From Candidatus Thorarchaeota archaeon (GTDB lineage Archaea > Asgardarchaeota > Thorarchaeia > Thorarchaeales > Thorarchaeaceae), in contig JBHLQH010000014.1 in NCBI GenBank assembly GCA_048884965.1, forward strand, positions 1-64,000: a stretch of 64,000 bases of DNA. The letters are read 5' to 3'. Below are positions 28,922 to 38,654 of this stretch, piece after piece. Under the pieces are notes generated by a model. That model worked only from the letters and a program-made list of their open reading frames with translations. It was not told the DNA's origin and made no database searches. Every line of letters starts with the position of its first letter. Position 1 is the stretch's first letter. Made by a program: the position numbers and the translations under genes.

Positions 28922-31900
28922 TCATTTCAGGTCTAGTTTCTCGGGATGAGTATCGTCATAGGCACCATCAGCTGCTAGAAGTGCTTCAACATCTCTGATA
29001 AAACGCTCTTTCTCATCGAGATCTTGATCTGAGGTTTTATCTGACTTCTCAAGATTATCTTGGATTTCAGTATCCGAAATCGTGGATTCTGCTAAGGCCT
29101 CAGTATCTTCATCTAGCGCCAAGAACGAAGTCGTTTCTTTCTTTGATTCAGCCTCCTTAATCTGAACAATGTCATTCCGTTCGATTGCATCCATTATTAT
29201 TTTGTACACTCGTGTTTCTTCCAACCCACAGGCAGCGATTTTATTCGCCATTTCTTCTAGCTTGAATCCTTCAGTTGATTCAAGATCTGAGATTACGCGC
29301 TTCAAGCAGATTGGACCTCGAGGTAGGTTTCCAGCATCTACAATCCTGTGTCTATATTGAAGGAACATATCTAGCATCTCGTCAAACAGATTGTCAAACT
29401 GTGCTTCCTTTATACTATCAATCACAAGAAGGGGCACTTCTTCAAATTCACAATCGAAGGTTTCACCAACTGCTTTGGCAAATCGAATCATCCGTTCTTC
29501 CTGAGTTTTTGAGGGACTCCCGCTAGTGATGAATGCGCATACTAGATTGCGAGTTCGAATTGTCCTTATGATGTCTGAAACTGGTGTGATTTCCCATTCT
29601 CTTTGAGAAACATCAAATTCAGATCTGAATTGTGATATCGCAGTTATGAATGCAGAAATTAGGGAACCATCAAATCCTCCCTTCACCATACGTGAATATA
29701 TGGGAATGCCACTAGCTTTGTGAAGCACCACTATACCTAGTGTATTTCGTACATCATCAAATCTTCTCTTTATTGCAAGAGCCTGAATATTCTCTCTTCT
29801 CTTCTTACGTCTGTAAAATCTTCGCCCTACATATCCCATTGCAGCAATTCCACCAATCATAAGGAAGGGACTGAATCGTGTTACAGTTCTTGTTAGAGCT
29901 GCTAGTTCACTCATTGTAGGACTCAAATCAGTTTCAATATATTCTGAATCCGACTCAAGAAGATAGTTAGAGCAGTCAACATAAATTCGAATCCTTACAT
30001 CTGAATCCGCGGGAGGCATGATGTAAGTCGTAGAGTATACTCCTTGCGTATTTGATTCTTCTAAGATATCAGTTCCCAAAGGAACGAGATCCTGAAGTAT
30101 TTGATATGCTACTGTAGCTCCAGATATTGATTCACCTGTTTCACTATCTACTAGTCGCAGACTTAGAATATGTGAGGTGCCCTCTAAACCAGAGCGACCT
30201 TGAATATCTACAATCGATATCAATGCCTCTCTGACATAAAATACCAAGACTGTTTCCTGAGAAATGTACCCAATTTCACTGAAGACCAATGACACCTCAA
30301 ATGAGCCAACTCCATCAGTAGCAATAGATAATGTATAGAAACCAGTTCCGCTCCTAGTCACCATGGCACTTGCAGCTGCAGATCCCGACAGAGTTACGAC
30401 TGCATCTTCTATTCTTGTTCCATTATTCATTGAATATGTGTATGTGAAATTATAGGCTCTTCCAAAAACGAGTTCATCCATAAGTGTAATATCATTCAAG
30501 TTAGTATCAATCGGACCAACTTCAAGCTCAAGGGACAACCTGCTTGTTATATGATTAGTCTTATTGGCTGATATGATGATTTCCCAAATCCCTACTCTAT
30601 CTGCCACGAAGATTATGAGATATGTTTCGATCGACTGAGTTAGAGTATATACTATTCCTTCTCTTGGGTTTGTATACACCTCGAAAGATGCAGAACTAAC
30701 ATTGCTTCCAATATCTGTTCTAACATAGGCTATTGCAAGCTGATGCTTGCTTCCAAAAAGAATTGATTCGTGTGCTTCTCCTTCAATGATTCGGAGTTCA
30801 GTAGGAACGATCTGGACAAGCAGTGAAAACGCAGTCGTTGATTTCTGATAGTTCGTAAGATTCGCTTGAATGGATATTTGGAAGGAAGTAGTATCAGTCA
30901 CTGAGGGAAGCATTGTCATATTATAGAATCCGTTTCCAACTTCAGAAACAAGATACGTCAGTCCCGCTGGAGGATTCACAATTTGAATTGTAGCACCAGT
31001 AATAGGATCTCCATAGTCCTCATTATATCTGAGCTGCAATGTGAAATTCTGATCCAATGAAATGGTTGCATCATTCATGTGACCAGTCAATCTTGTTTCA
31101 ATTGGTACTACAACAAGGGAAAATGAAAGATACTGGGCAACATGATTAGTTATGTTAGCTCGAAGGACAATTGAAAATGTAGTTGCTATCGTTGGAGTGA
31201 ACACAATGGAGTAATACCCTTCACCAAAATCAAGAGTCGTTCCAATACTGATACCTGTTTGAGGTGATATCTCCGCCACCTGAATAGTTGCGCCAGCTAC
31301 ACCTGCTCCTGTGATATTACTATACCTCATCAGAATTGCATAGTCATCTCCATATCCTACCAAATCAGCGGTACTATTCAGGCAGGAGAAAGTAGTTCCG
31401 ATTGGGTTCACTTCAACTTCTAGTTGAACAAGAGCCGTAATAAAACTGGATTTGGTTGCAGTGAGTGTTATTTGCCAGATTCCCGCAGAATCGAATAGAA
31501 AGCAGAGTTGATACGCATCCCCTACGCATTGAAGAGTTGCGAATAGTCCAATTGAGGGTGCTGAGGAAATTGAAATATTGGCTGACGTGATGTTGGCAAC
31601 AACATCAGTTCTGATATATGCTAATGTTACAAGGTATGAATCAGTGATAGAAATGGAGTCGGATGAATGTCCTTGAATCACTATTAGATCTGTTGGAATA
31701 ACCTGTACAAACAATGAGAATGCAACCGTCCCGTTTTGATAATTGGCTCGATTAGCTCTAAATGAAATTTGGAAGGAAGTTGCTTCGCTCACAGATGGTA
31801 TGAGATTTATGCTGTAAATTCCGCCTCCGACCTCAATAGCTTCGAACGATAGACCCTGAGGTAGATCCACAACTGAGATACTCGCAAATGAAATACCGCT

Positions 31901-34726
31901 TAGAGTATCATCTTGGTATGTCAGCTGAATAGTACAGTTTTGGTCTATTGCTATAGTGGCTCCATTGCTATCAGACCTCAGAGATGTGGAGATCTGAGTA
32001 ACGAGAAGACTGAAGGTGAAGTACTTCGTAGCATGATTTGTAAGATTTGCCTTTATCACTAGTGTATAGGTTCCTACTGTCGCCGGAGTAAGGTCAAATG
32101 AATAATACCCATTTCCTTCATCTGTCGAAATCCCTGGAATCAATCCAGAGGGATTGACCTCTACTACTTGCACAGTTGCACCTAGTAGGCCCGCACCCGT
32201 ACTATTTGAGTATTGAACGACAAGGTGAAATGTGCGCCCATATGGGATTAGATTCGCAGTTTCGTTAAGTCCTTCAAATGTTGTTCCAATTTCTCCCACA
32301 ATCAAGTTGAATGACACAGATCGCTCTTCATGGAATTTCTTGGAAGCTGTTACAGTTACCTTGTACTCATGAGAAAGAACACCTGTTATCTCAACAGTAT
32401 AATGTCCATTACCAAGATCAGAGTGATATCCTTCAATCAGACCGAGAACAGGTCCTGAATATGTGACTGTAATATTGGCATCTTCTATTCCGACTCCTAT
32501 GATTTGCTCGTAATCAATATCAATCAGATATACGTCATTCAAGCCTACCTCGACAGGACTGCCATCCACATTGGATAATTGAAGTTCTGTAGCATAAGTC
32601 GATATAACCTCGAATTGGCATGTAATGTTGTTATAATAAGGTCTAGTTACATTTACGGTAACATGATACCATCCCGCTCCAAAAAGGGATGTATCAAAAT
32701 CTGCTTCCCACCAATTCTTTGCAAAGTTTGGAGTAAAGTCAATAGAACATCCTGACCAGTTAGCTATTACAGATATGCTATCGTCAAGAAGATAATTTCC
32801 ATTATCAGAATCCTGGTACGTTATCAGATTGGAAATTGTCAGTCCCCACTCAATTTCTATTGATGGGAATGATACGGTCGCAAACGCTTGATGATACATA
32901 GCGAATGTAGTAACTCCATATGCGATTTCTGTACCATTAGTCCAGAGAAACTGAACTTCCCACTCCCCCGCTGTTGTATTCAAGCCACTCAGAGTTCTCT
33001 CACTCGTATTTACAATTCCATCTATTCCCCCATGAATAATTTCCTCAGACCAAATAGAACCATCCGGCATCACCCATGCAACTTGCACATCATCTGTAAG
33101 CGTCGGTATGGTTTCTTGGGTTCCGATTTCTAGATGTGAACGAGTTCTGTTTCCACTTCTGAAGATATCTGTATCGTGCCAATGACCTGATTGACCGTCA
33201 AACACTTGTGTTGCTAGTCTTCTTGCATAGTTTATTGATTGAAAATCGACCTCCCACCAGCCAAGTCTATCAAGAATTGAAATGGGTATAGATACGAATG
33301 TTGGTTGAATAGAACAGGTACTAGTGACATCATTTGTAAAGGGATCATATATTGTGACATTATCCCAATCTGAGGGCATGTAGATGAAGACAGTGAAGTT
33401 TTCCAACGTCTCCGTCAAATCTCCTCCAATATAAGTGAATGTTGACAAATCTGAACTCTGTCCAGCATCAATCGTATACGCGACTCCCTTTTGTGTAGGA
33501 TGAGTTGTCCACGATGTGTTAGAAAAGAAATGCTGCAGGCTCCACACTTCGTATTCAAAAGAAACACTCACGGTTGAAGTTATACCGACAGACAATGAAT
33601 TTGAGTCCCAATAGTGATTTTCCAAACTTGCAGAATAGTACCCATTGCTTCCAGCTATCGGAGTATCTAGTGTCATTGCATGAAATTGTAGGCCTACTTC
33701 CTCTGGCGTTGGTGGAATATCGCTCAGCAATGAAACATCATCAATAGCCACTTCGAAGATACGTGCGTCCGCTCCATCAATACCTCCATCACCATCATAG
33801 TCACGACCGGGGTTTGTGTCAAAATACCATCCATTGTCTGCTTCTACTAGGAGTCCTATGCTTAATGAAAATTCAGAAGGAGCATTGATTATATTATGGA
33901 AAATAACATCATTCCAGTCATTTTTCTCTGGAGTATCTCTCATGAGATTTACAATATCATATCGCTCACTATATGCTCCGTTCTCAATATATGCGACTAG
34001 CCAGACATCACCGTAGATTGCAAAGTAGCCATTGTCGATTATTCCGCTTAAGTAATTGTACCTAAAAGATAACGTCATACTATCCGAATGCGGGTTGTTC
34101 TGTATTGTTTGGGTCCATAGGTTATACGTGTCGTCATAGTGATAGTACCTGATATACCCGGAGCTAGTATCCATTTCTCCTTGGCTCTCAACAGTTACAT
34201 ACCCCTCTGATTCATCGTATGATGTTATCAGATTCTGATCTCCATAACTTGAATCATACCAATCAACACCCCAGCCTTCTGGATGTGCTGTTATTGCTCC
34301 TGGGTAGATATTCTCACCACTACTACCTTCATCAAAAGTCCCATTCTCTGCGAACTCTCGATTCAGATTCCAAAGGGCAATTTTCGCATTGCTTGCCACC
34401 CAATTACTATCATTGTTTATCGGGATGCTTGTGAACGAATTTTCTCCTGTGTCCGTTCTACTCGATATCACTCCAGTGCTATAGTACCCTGATTGCTCAA
34501 CAATGATAGAATCCAAAACACCTTCTTTAGTCGATTGGGATAGAATCTCTCTCCTCTTTGGTTCACCATCATCTATGTTGCTGAAATCAGGATTGGTTTG
34601 CTTCTCATCACCACATGGATTTCGCGGATTATCCAAGGCTGAAGGATTGCTTGATATGGAGAATAGCATCAAGAAGATAATAGGCAGCATCAACAGATAT
34701 CTTCTAGTATACTTTCTTGGACACAT
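28922..34726 (-). CDS. Giant single-pass surface protein with Ig-like repeats and a cytoplasmic longin-like domain
   Basis: Signal peptide, many NxS/T sequons, ~97-aa beta repeats, TM FSPFLMIGGIAAMGYVG followed by RRFYRRKKRR, ~290-aa cytoplasmic tail. Confidence 0.88.
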   Translation of the reverse strand: MCPRKYTRRYLLMLPIIFLMLFSISSNPSALDNPRNPCGDEKQTNPDFSNIDDGEPKRREILSQSTKEGVLDSIIVEQSGYYSTGVISSRTDTGENSFTSIPINNDSNWVASNAKIALWNLNREFAENGTFDEGSSGENIYPGAITAHPEGWGVDWYDSSYGDQNLITSYDESEGYVTVESQGEMDTSSGYIRYYHYDDTYNLWTQTIQNNPHSDSMTLSFRYNYLSGIIDNGYFAIYGDVWLVAYIENGAYSERYDIVNLMRDTPEKNDWNDVIFHNIINAPSEFSLSIGLLVEADNGWYFDTNPGRDYDGDGGIDGADARIFEVAIDDVSLLSDIPPTPEEVGLQFHAMTLDTPIAGSNGYYSASLENHYWDSNSLSVGITSTVSVSFEYEVWSLQHFFSNTSWTTHPTQKGVAYTIDAGQSSDLSTFTYIGGDLTETLENFTVFIYMPSDWDNVTIYDPFTNDVTSTCSIQPTFVSIPISILDRLGWWEVDFQSINYARRLATQVFDGQSGHWHDTDIFRSGNRTRSHLEIGTQETIPTLTDDVQVAWVMPDGSIWSEEIIHGGIDGIVNTSERTLSGLNTTAGEWEVQFLWTNGTEIAYGVTTFAMYHQAFATVSFPSIEIEWGLTISNLITYQDSDNGNYLLDDSISVIANWSGCSIDFTPNFAKNWWEADFDTSLFGAGWYHVTVNVTRPYYNNITCQFEVISTYATELQLSNVDGSPVEVGLNDVYLIDIDYEQIIGVGIEDANITVTYSGPVLGLIEGYHSDLGNGHYTVEITGVLSHEYKVTVTASKKFHEERSVSFNLIVGEIGTTFEGLNETANLIPYGRTFHLVVQYSNSTGAGLLGATVQVVEVNPSGLIPGISTDEGNGYYSFDLTPATVGTYTLVIKANLTNHATKYFTFSLLVTQISTSLRSDSNGATIAIDQNCTIQLTYQDDTLSGISFASISVVDLPQGLSFEAIEVGGGIYSINLIPSVSEATSFQISFRANRANYQNGTVAFSLFVQVIPTDLIVIQGHSSDSISITDSYLVTLAYIRTDVVANITSANISISSAPSIGLFATLQCVGDAYQLCFLFDSAGIWQITLTATKSSFITALVQLEVEVNPIGTTFSCLNSTADLVGYGDDYAILMRYSNITGAGVAGATIQVAEISPQTGISIGTTLDFGEGYYSIVFTPTIATTFSIVLRANITNHVAQYLSFSLVVVPIETRLTGHMNDATISLDQNFTLQLRYNEDYGDPITGATIQIVNPPAGLTYLVSEVGNGFYNMTMLPSVTDTTSFQISIQANLTNYQKSTTAFSLLVQIVPTELRIIEGEAHESILFGSKHQLAIAYVRTDIGSNVSSASFEVYTNPREGIVYTLTQSIETYLIIFVADRVGIWEIIISANKTNHITSRLSLELEVGPIDTNLNDITLMDELVFGRAYNFTYTYSMNNGTRIEDAVVTLSGSAAASAMVTRSGTGFYTLSIATDGVGSFEVSLVFSEIGYISQETVLVFYVREALISIVDIQGRSGLEGTSHILSLRLVDSETGESISGATVAYQILQDLVPLGTDILEESNTQGVYSTTYIMPPADSDVRIRIYVDCSNYLLESDSEYIETDLSPTMSELAALTRTVTRFSPFLMIGGIAAMGYVGRRFYRRKKRRENIQALAIKRRFDDVRNTLGIVVLHKASGIPIYSRMVKGGFDGSLISAFITAISQFRSEFDVSQREWEITPVSDIIRTIRTRNLVCAFITSGSPSKTQEERMIRFAKAVGETFDCEFEEVPLLVIDSIKEAQFDNLFDEMLDMFLQYRHRIVDAGNLPRGPICLKRVISDLESTEGFKLEEMANKIAACGLEETRVYKIIMDAIERNDIVQIKEAESKKETTSFLALDEDTEALAESTISDTEIQDNLEKSDKTSDQDLDEKERFIRDVEALLAADGAYDDTHPEKLDLK
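30511..32290 (-). repeat. Internal duplication of a three-domain (~296 aa) Ig-like block
   Basis: IGTTFEGLNETANL... vs IGTTFSCLNSTADL...; ATIAIDQNCTIQLTY vs ATISLDQNFTLQLRY; IPTDLIVIQG vs VPTELRIIEG. Confidence 0.8.
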
Positions 34727-35060
34727 TGCGATTGCCTCTTCATAATTAGGTTGTTGGGTGAACGGAGCGTGCGGCCTCCATTAACAAAATCATATCCAAA
34801 GGCTACCGTATATATTGCTAATGTTCTGAAGGACACCGATGTCCAAAATTGTACGTACGTAGCAAGATTATCGGAAAAAATGACGCAAACGTTCAGTTCT
34901 GCACATTATATCCGACGGGGGTTATAGAAATCCCTTGACCCAATGTTCTTGATATGATTTCTTGCATAGACGACGATTATTAGAAAGGTATCACCTGAAT
35001 CGCAAATCGTATTGAAAACCTTTCCTAATGATTTCTTGAAATCTTAAGGGGACTTTCGAT

Positions 35061-35558
35061 TTGATCAGTAGGAAGGATGCAATCGGGGTTATTGTAGCTC
35101 TATTAGTACTCTCATCTTCCATTAGTATCAATCTTCTAACCATTGACCAAGGAATCAATGTTCCCTTTACACTCATCCTTGAAAAATACATTCACTCCAT
35201 GCAAGATGCCCGGACGTTAGTTATCACGGATAATGAAACATGGTCCTCATTATGGTCCGAGATCTATCATGTGAATGGTCCCCCACCGAAGATCCTGTAT
35301 GTGAACTTCACCTGTGAATGGTTGATAGTCGTATGCCTTGGGACACGTCCAATGGGCGGGTATACCCTAAACATTACAAGTATCTCACGGACTCTCCTTA
35401 GCTACAAGGTATTCTATACGGAAACTGGGGGAGGTGCTGGTATAGCTATGGAAATCTATCCCCTGCAGATAGTTAAGATTTCGGAATTTCCTGCTGACCT
35501 GCCAGTTTCCTTCTATTACTCGTATTCAGAATCTCCCGTTCTATCTGAGTTATCCTGA
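35061..35558 (+). CDS. Secreted/anchored PrcB C-terminal domain-like protein
   Basis: N-terminal hydrophobic helix; VNF...IVVCLGTRPMGGYTLNITSI...YPLQIVKI. Confidence 0.75.
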   Translation: MISRKDAIGVIVALLVLSSSISINLLTIDQGINVPFTLILEKYIHSMQDARTLVITDNETWSSLWSEIYHVNGPPPKILYVNFTCEWLIVVCLGTRPMGGYTLNITSISRTLLSYKVFYTETGGGAGIAMEIYPLQIVKISEFPADLPVSFYYSYSESPVLSELS

Positions 35559-35581
35559 ATGTGATTCCTAGCTCTCTGAGG

Positions 35582-36286
35582 TCATAGAGATGTGCCACAC
35601 TTTTTGCATCGCGCTGTGCCAACTGCGTTCAAATAGCCACACTTGCGGCACTTTCCTGATATGAAATCCTGCATTAATTTTGTCGCAGACCCACGGATAT
35701 TGAGGATAATCTTATCTGAGAGGCCGAGTCTCTTCTTCGCCTTCGAATCAATCCGGTCACAATATGCAACAAGTGCTCTCAGTTTTGGTTTGACACGCTC
35801 CTCTCCCTTCGATATGCGTTCTCGTTCATCAGTATTGAGATAAGCTTCTTGCTGCACAAGTTCTTGATAGAATGATTGGATATTATTGAGTGTAGAAAAC
35901 ATCTCTACTAGCATTTCTCCCATATCCTTTGACTCTGGATTCCTTGATGCAAGCGGAATCCTACTTATCTGTTTATCAAGGCTAGCCAGCTCCTTCACTA
36001 CCTGCTTTGCGACGTTACCTGTTTCCGACCCCCCTCCCCGCCTATAGGTACTAGATGTTTGATCTGCTCCAGACGGAAGACGTCTTCCAGTCACTCCATC
36101 TCCAAAACGAATCCTCGAAGAGCCATCATCATCTCGTTGTACTCCATATGCTTTATCGTCTTTCATTGACTGGACTTTAGATCTTGAGAGACCACGTGTC
36201 GTTGAGCTCCCACAATAAGGGCAATCGTTCTCGTTCTCCGGCACCTCTGCGCCACAACTTCCACATTTCGCCAACATTAGCACCAT
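35582..36286 (-). CDS. Double zinc-ribbon protein with baseplate-like internal segments
   Basis: Terminal CGSC...CPYC and CRKC...CKKC ribbons; internal IRFGDGVTGRRLPSG...YRRGGG...GNV. Confidence 0.85.
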   Translation of the reverse strand: MVLMLAKCGSCGAEVPENENDCPYCGSSTTRGLSRSKVQSMKDDKAYGVQRDDDGSSRIRFGDGVTGRRLPSGADQTSSTYRRGGGSETGNVAKQVVKELASLDKQISRIPLASRNPESKDMGEMLVEMFSTLNNIQSFYQELVQQEAYLNTDERERISKGEERVKPKLRALVAYCDRIDSKAKKRLGLSDKIILNIRGSATKLMQDFISGKCRKCGYLNAVGTARCKKCGTSL

Positions 36287-36404
36287 TCCATGTATTCTTC
36301 TTCATATAGTCAGGTTCCTCCTGCTATTAATTTCTCTGGCAATAATGTGAAGTGGGTCAAAGCCCAGAGGCAGTACGAATACCTGAATCGTCAAGGAGGT
36401 AACC

Positions 36405-36590
36405 ATGGACTTCATAGAACCTTTGAGGATTCTAATTATACAACTTACTCGGAAATCGCGAGCTACAAGAACTTGTATCGGTTTGTTCGCGGTCTGTTTA
36501 CTTTCGAGCATCTCTCTGGGTAGAGCGTGTCCTGTAGAGAGGAATATCGTACGCAGGAAGTCCCTAATACTACCTCAGCTCCAGAAGTAG
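36405..36590 (+). CDS. Possible small basic protein upstream of uvrB
   Basis: Strong AGGAGGT RBS before ATG; no recognisable motif. Confidence 0.35.
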   Translation: MDFIEPLRILIIQLTRKSRATRTCIGLFAVCLLSSISLGRACPVERNIVRRKSLILPQLQK

Positions 36591-36668
36591 TGCGGGGTCA
36601 TATGAGAACCATACCATAAGAGTTACTTAGATAGATGTTCGAACAGACGTATTCGAGGTCAGGGTCAG

Positions 36669-38654
36669 ATGTCAGACTTCAAACTAGAGGCTCCTTTCAA
36701 ACCGACAGGCGATCAACCACAGGCGATCAAGAAGCTAATCGAAGGTCTTGAGAGCGGATTGGACCATCAGACACTTTTGGGAGTCACTGGTTCTGGAAAG
36801 ACATTCTCCATGGCGAACGTCGTGGAAGCATACAACAAGCCTACCCTTGTCATCTCTCATAACAAGACACTTGCAGCTCAACTAGCCTCAGAGTACAAGC
36901 AGTTCTTTCCCAATAATGCTGTAGAGTACTTCGTTTCCTACTATGATTATTATCAACCAGAAGCATATGTTCCGAGCAAGGATATGTACATCGAGAAGGA
37001 GGCTGACATCAATGCGGAAATTGAGCGTCTTCGACATTCGACCACGAACTCCTTGCGCTCACGAAACGATGTTCTTGTGGTGGCCTCGGTTTCATGCATC
37101 TATGGTATTGGAGATCCGGAAGCATACGACCATTTCAGGATGTACTTGGAAGTAGGGATGGAGATTGACAGACGAGAGATTCTCGAGCGACTCGTTTCGA
37201 TGCAATATGAGCGCAATGACATGGAGATTAAGCCCGGTGTATTTCGTGTGCGCGGTGATGTCATTGATGTGTATCCGTCAGCTTCAGAGAATAGCATTCG
37301 CATCGAACTTGATGGTACCAAGATTGAGAAGATCTCGACATTAGAGGCATTGACTTCAAAGAGACTCTGGTATAGTAACTGGACAGAGCTCTTCCCTGCA
37401 CGACATCACGTCGCCAGATACGACACGATCCTTGAAGCATTAGAACCGATGAAACAGGAGATGGAAGAGCGAGTTGATTGGTTTAAGAGTCATGGAAAAT
37501 TGGTCGAGGCAGACCGACTGAAGAGGCGGACCATGTTCGATATGGAGATGCTTCGAGAAACTGGCCACTGTGGTGGAATTGAGAACTACTCGCGATTGAT
37601 TGATGGACGCTCACCTGGGCAGAAGCCCTATACACTTCTTGATTACTTCCCTGATGATTTCTTGATGATAATTGATGAGAGCCATATGACCATACCTCAG
37701 GTACGAGGGATGTATCATGGTGACTTGGCTCGGAAGAACAATCTTGTCGATTATGGGTTCCGACTACCCTCCGCACTTGATAATCGACCACTGAAGTTCG
37801 ATGAGTTCGAGCGGTACATGAAGCGGACCATCTACACAAGTGCAACTCCAGGGAGCTATGAACGAAAGAACAGCAAACAGATTGTTGAGCAGCTCCTGAG
37901 ACCTACAGGTCTACTAGATCCTCACATCACCCTCAAGCCAGTCATCAATCAAGTTGACAATCTGATTGCAGAGATTCGCGTTACTGTCGGACAAGGGCAC
38001 CGAGTACTCGTAACGACCCTCACGAAGAAGACCTCAGAGATGCTAACTGAGTATCTTGTCGAGAATGGAGTGAAGGCACGATATCTCCACTCCGATATTG
38101 GCACGGTAGAACGGATCGAGATCATTAGACAGCTACGGCAAGGTAAGTTCAATGTCCTTGTTGGCATCAACCTGCTTCGAGAGGGATTGGACCTGCCAGA
38201 AGTCGGACTCGTTGCGATCATGGATGCGGATAAGGAAGGCTTTCTCAGAACTGATTGGGCTCTCATCCAGACTATGGGCAGAGCGGCAAGAAACGCGGAT
38301 GGTAGAGTCATTCTCTATGCTGATCACACATCCGATGCGATGCAGACTGCTATCGACGAAACAAATCGAAGAAGAGCGTATCAAAGAAAATACAACGAGG
38401 AGCATGGCATAGTTCCTACCTCAATCACGAAGCATGTTCATGACATCGCCATAGGTATCAAGTCGAAGGAGTCTGTCAAGCAAGCAACCATTGAGGAATT
38501 CGACCCACTTGAGGCTGAAGAGATCATGGACTTCATCGTTGATCTGGAAGAGAAGATGAAGGAGGCAGCAAGCAATCTTGAATTCGAAAAGGCTGCGAAG
38601 CTTCGGGACCAGATTGTTATGTTACGAAAGAAGATCGAGGGCAGTATAGCATGA
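36669..38654 (+). CDS. uvrB: Excinuclease ABC subunit B
   Basis: GVTGSGKT, YYDYYQPEAY beta-hairpin, DESH, C-terminal UVR domain. Confidence 0.99.
   Translation: MSDFKLEAPFKPTGDQPQAIKKLIEGLESGLDHQTLLGVTGSGKTFSMANVVEAYNKPTLVISHNKTLAAQLASEYKQFFPNNAVEYFVSYYDYYQPEAYVPSKDMYIEKEADINAEIERLRHSTTNSLRSRNDVLVVASVSCIYGIGDPEAYDHFRMYLEVGMEIDRREILERLVSMQYERNDMEIKPGVFRVRGDVIDVYPSASENSIRIELDGTKIEKISTLEALTSKRLWYSNWTELFPARHHVARYDTILEALEPMKQEMEERVDWFKSHGKLVEADRLKRRTMFDMEMLRETGHCGGIENYSRLIDGRSPGQKPYTLLDYFPDDFLMIIDESHMTIPQVRGMYHGDLARKNNLVDYGFRLPSALDNRPLKFDEFERYMKRTIYTSATPGSYERKNSKQIVEQLLRPTGLLDPHITLKPVINQVDNLIAEIRVTVGQGHRVLVTTLTKKTSEMLTEYLVENGVKARYLHSDIGTVERIEIIRQLRQGKFNVLVGINLLREGLDLPEVGLVAIMDADKEGFLRTDWALIQTMGRAARNADGRVILYADHTSDAMQTAIDETNRRRAYQRKYNEEHGIVPTSITKHVHDIAIGIKSKESVKQATIEEFDPLEAEEIMDFIVDLEEKMKEAASNLEFEKAAKLRDQIVMLRKKIEGSIA

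Noticed and set aside
34885-34893. GCAAACGTT upstream of the giant surface protein, matching the protease operator
   Set aside because: Only a half-site; no partner arm at the expected spacing.
35582-36286. An intact eCIS or provirus locus
   Set aside because: No sheath, tube, spike, terminase, capsid or integrase genes were recognised anywhere in the window.
36630-36657. TGTTCGAACA palindrome / SOS-box-like CGAACAGACGTATTCG upstream of uvrB
   Set aside because: It does not fit GAAC-N4-GTTC spacing, is not repeated before uvrC, and there is no lexA in the window.
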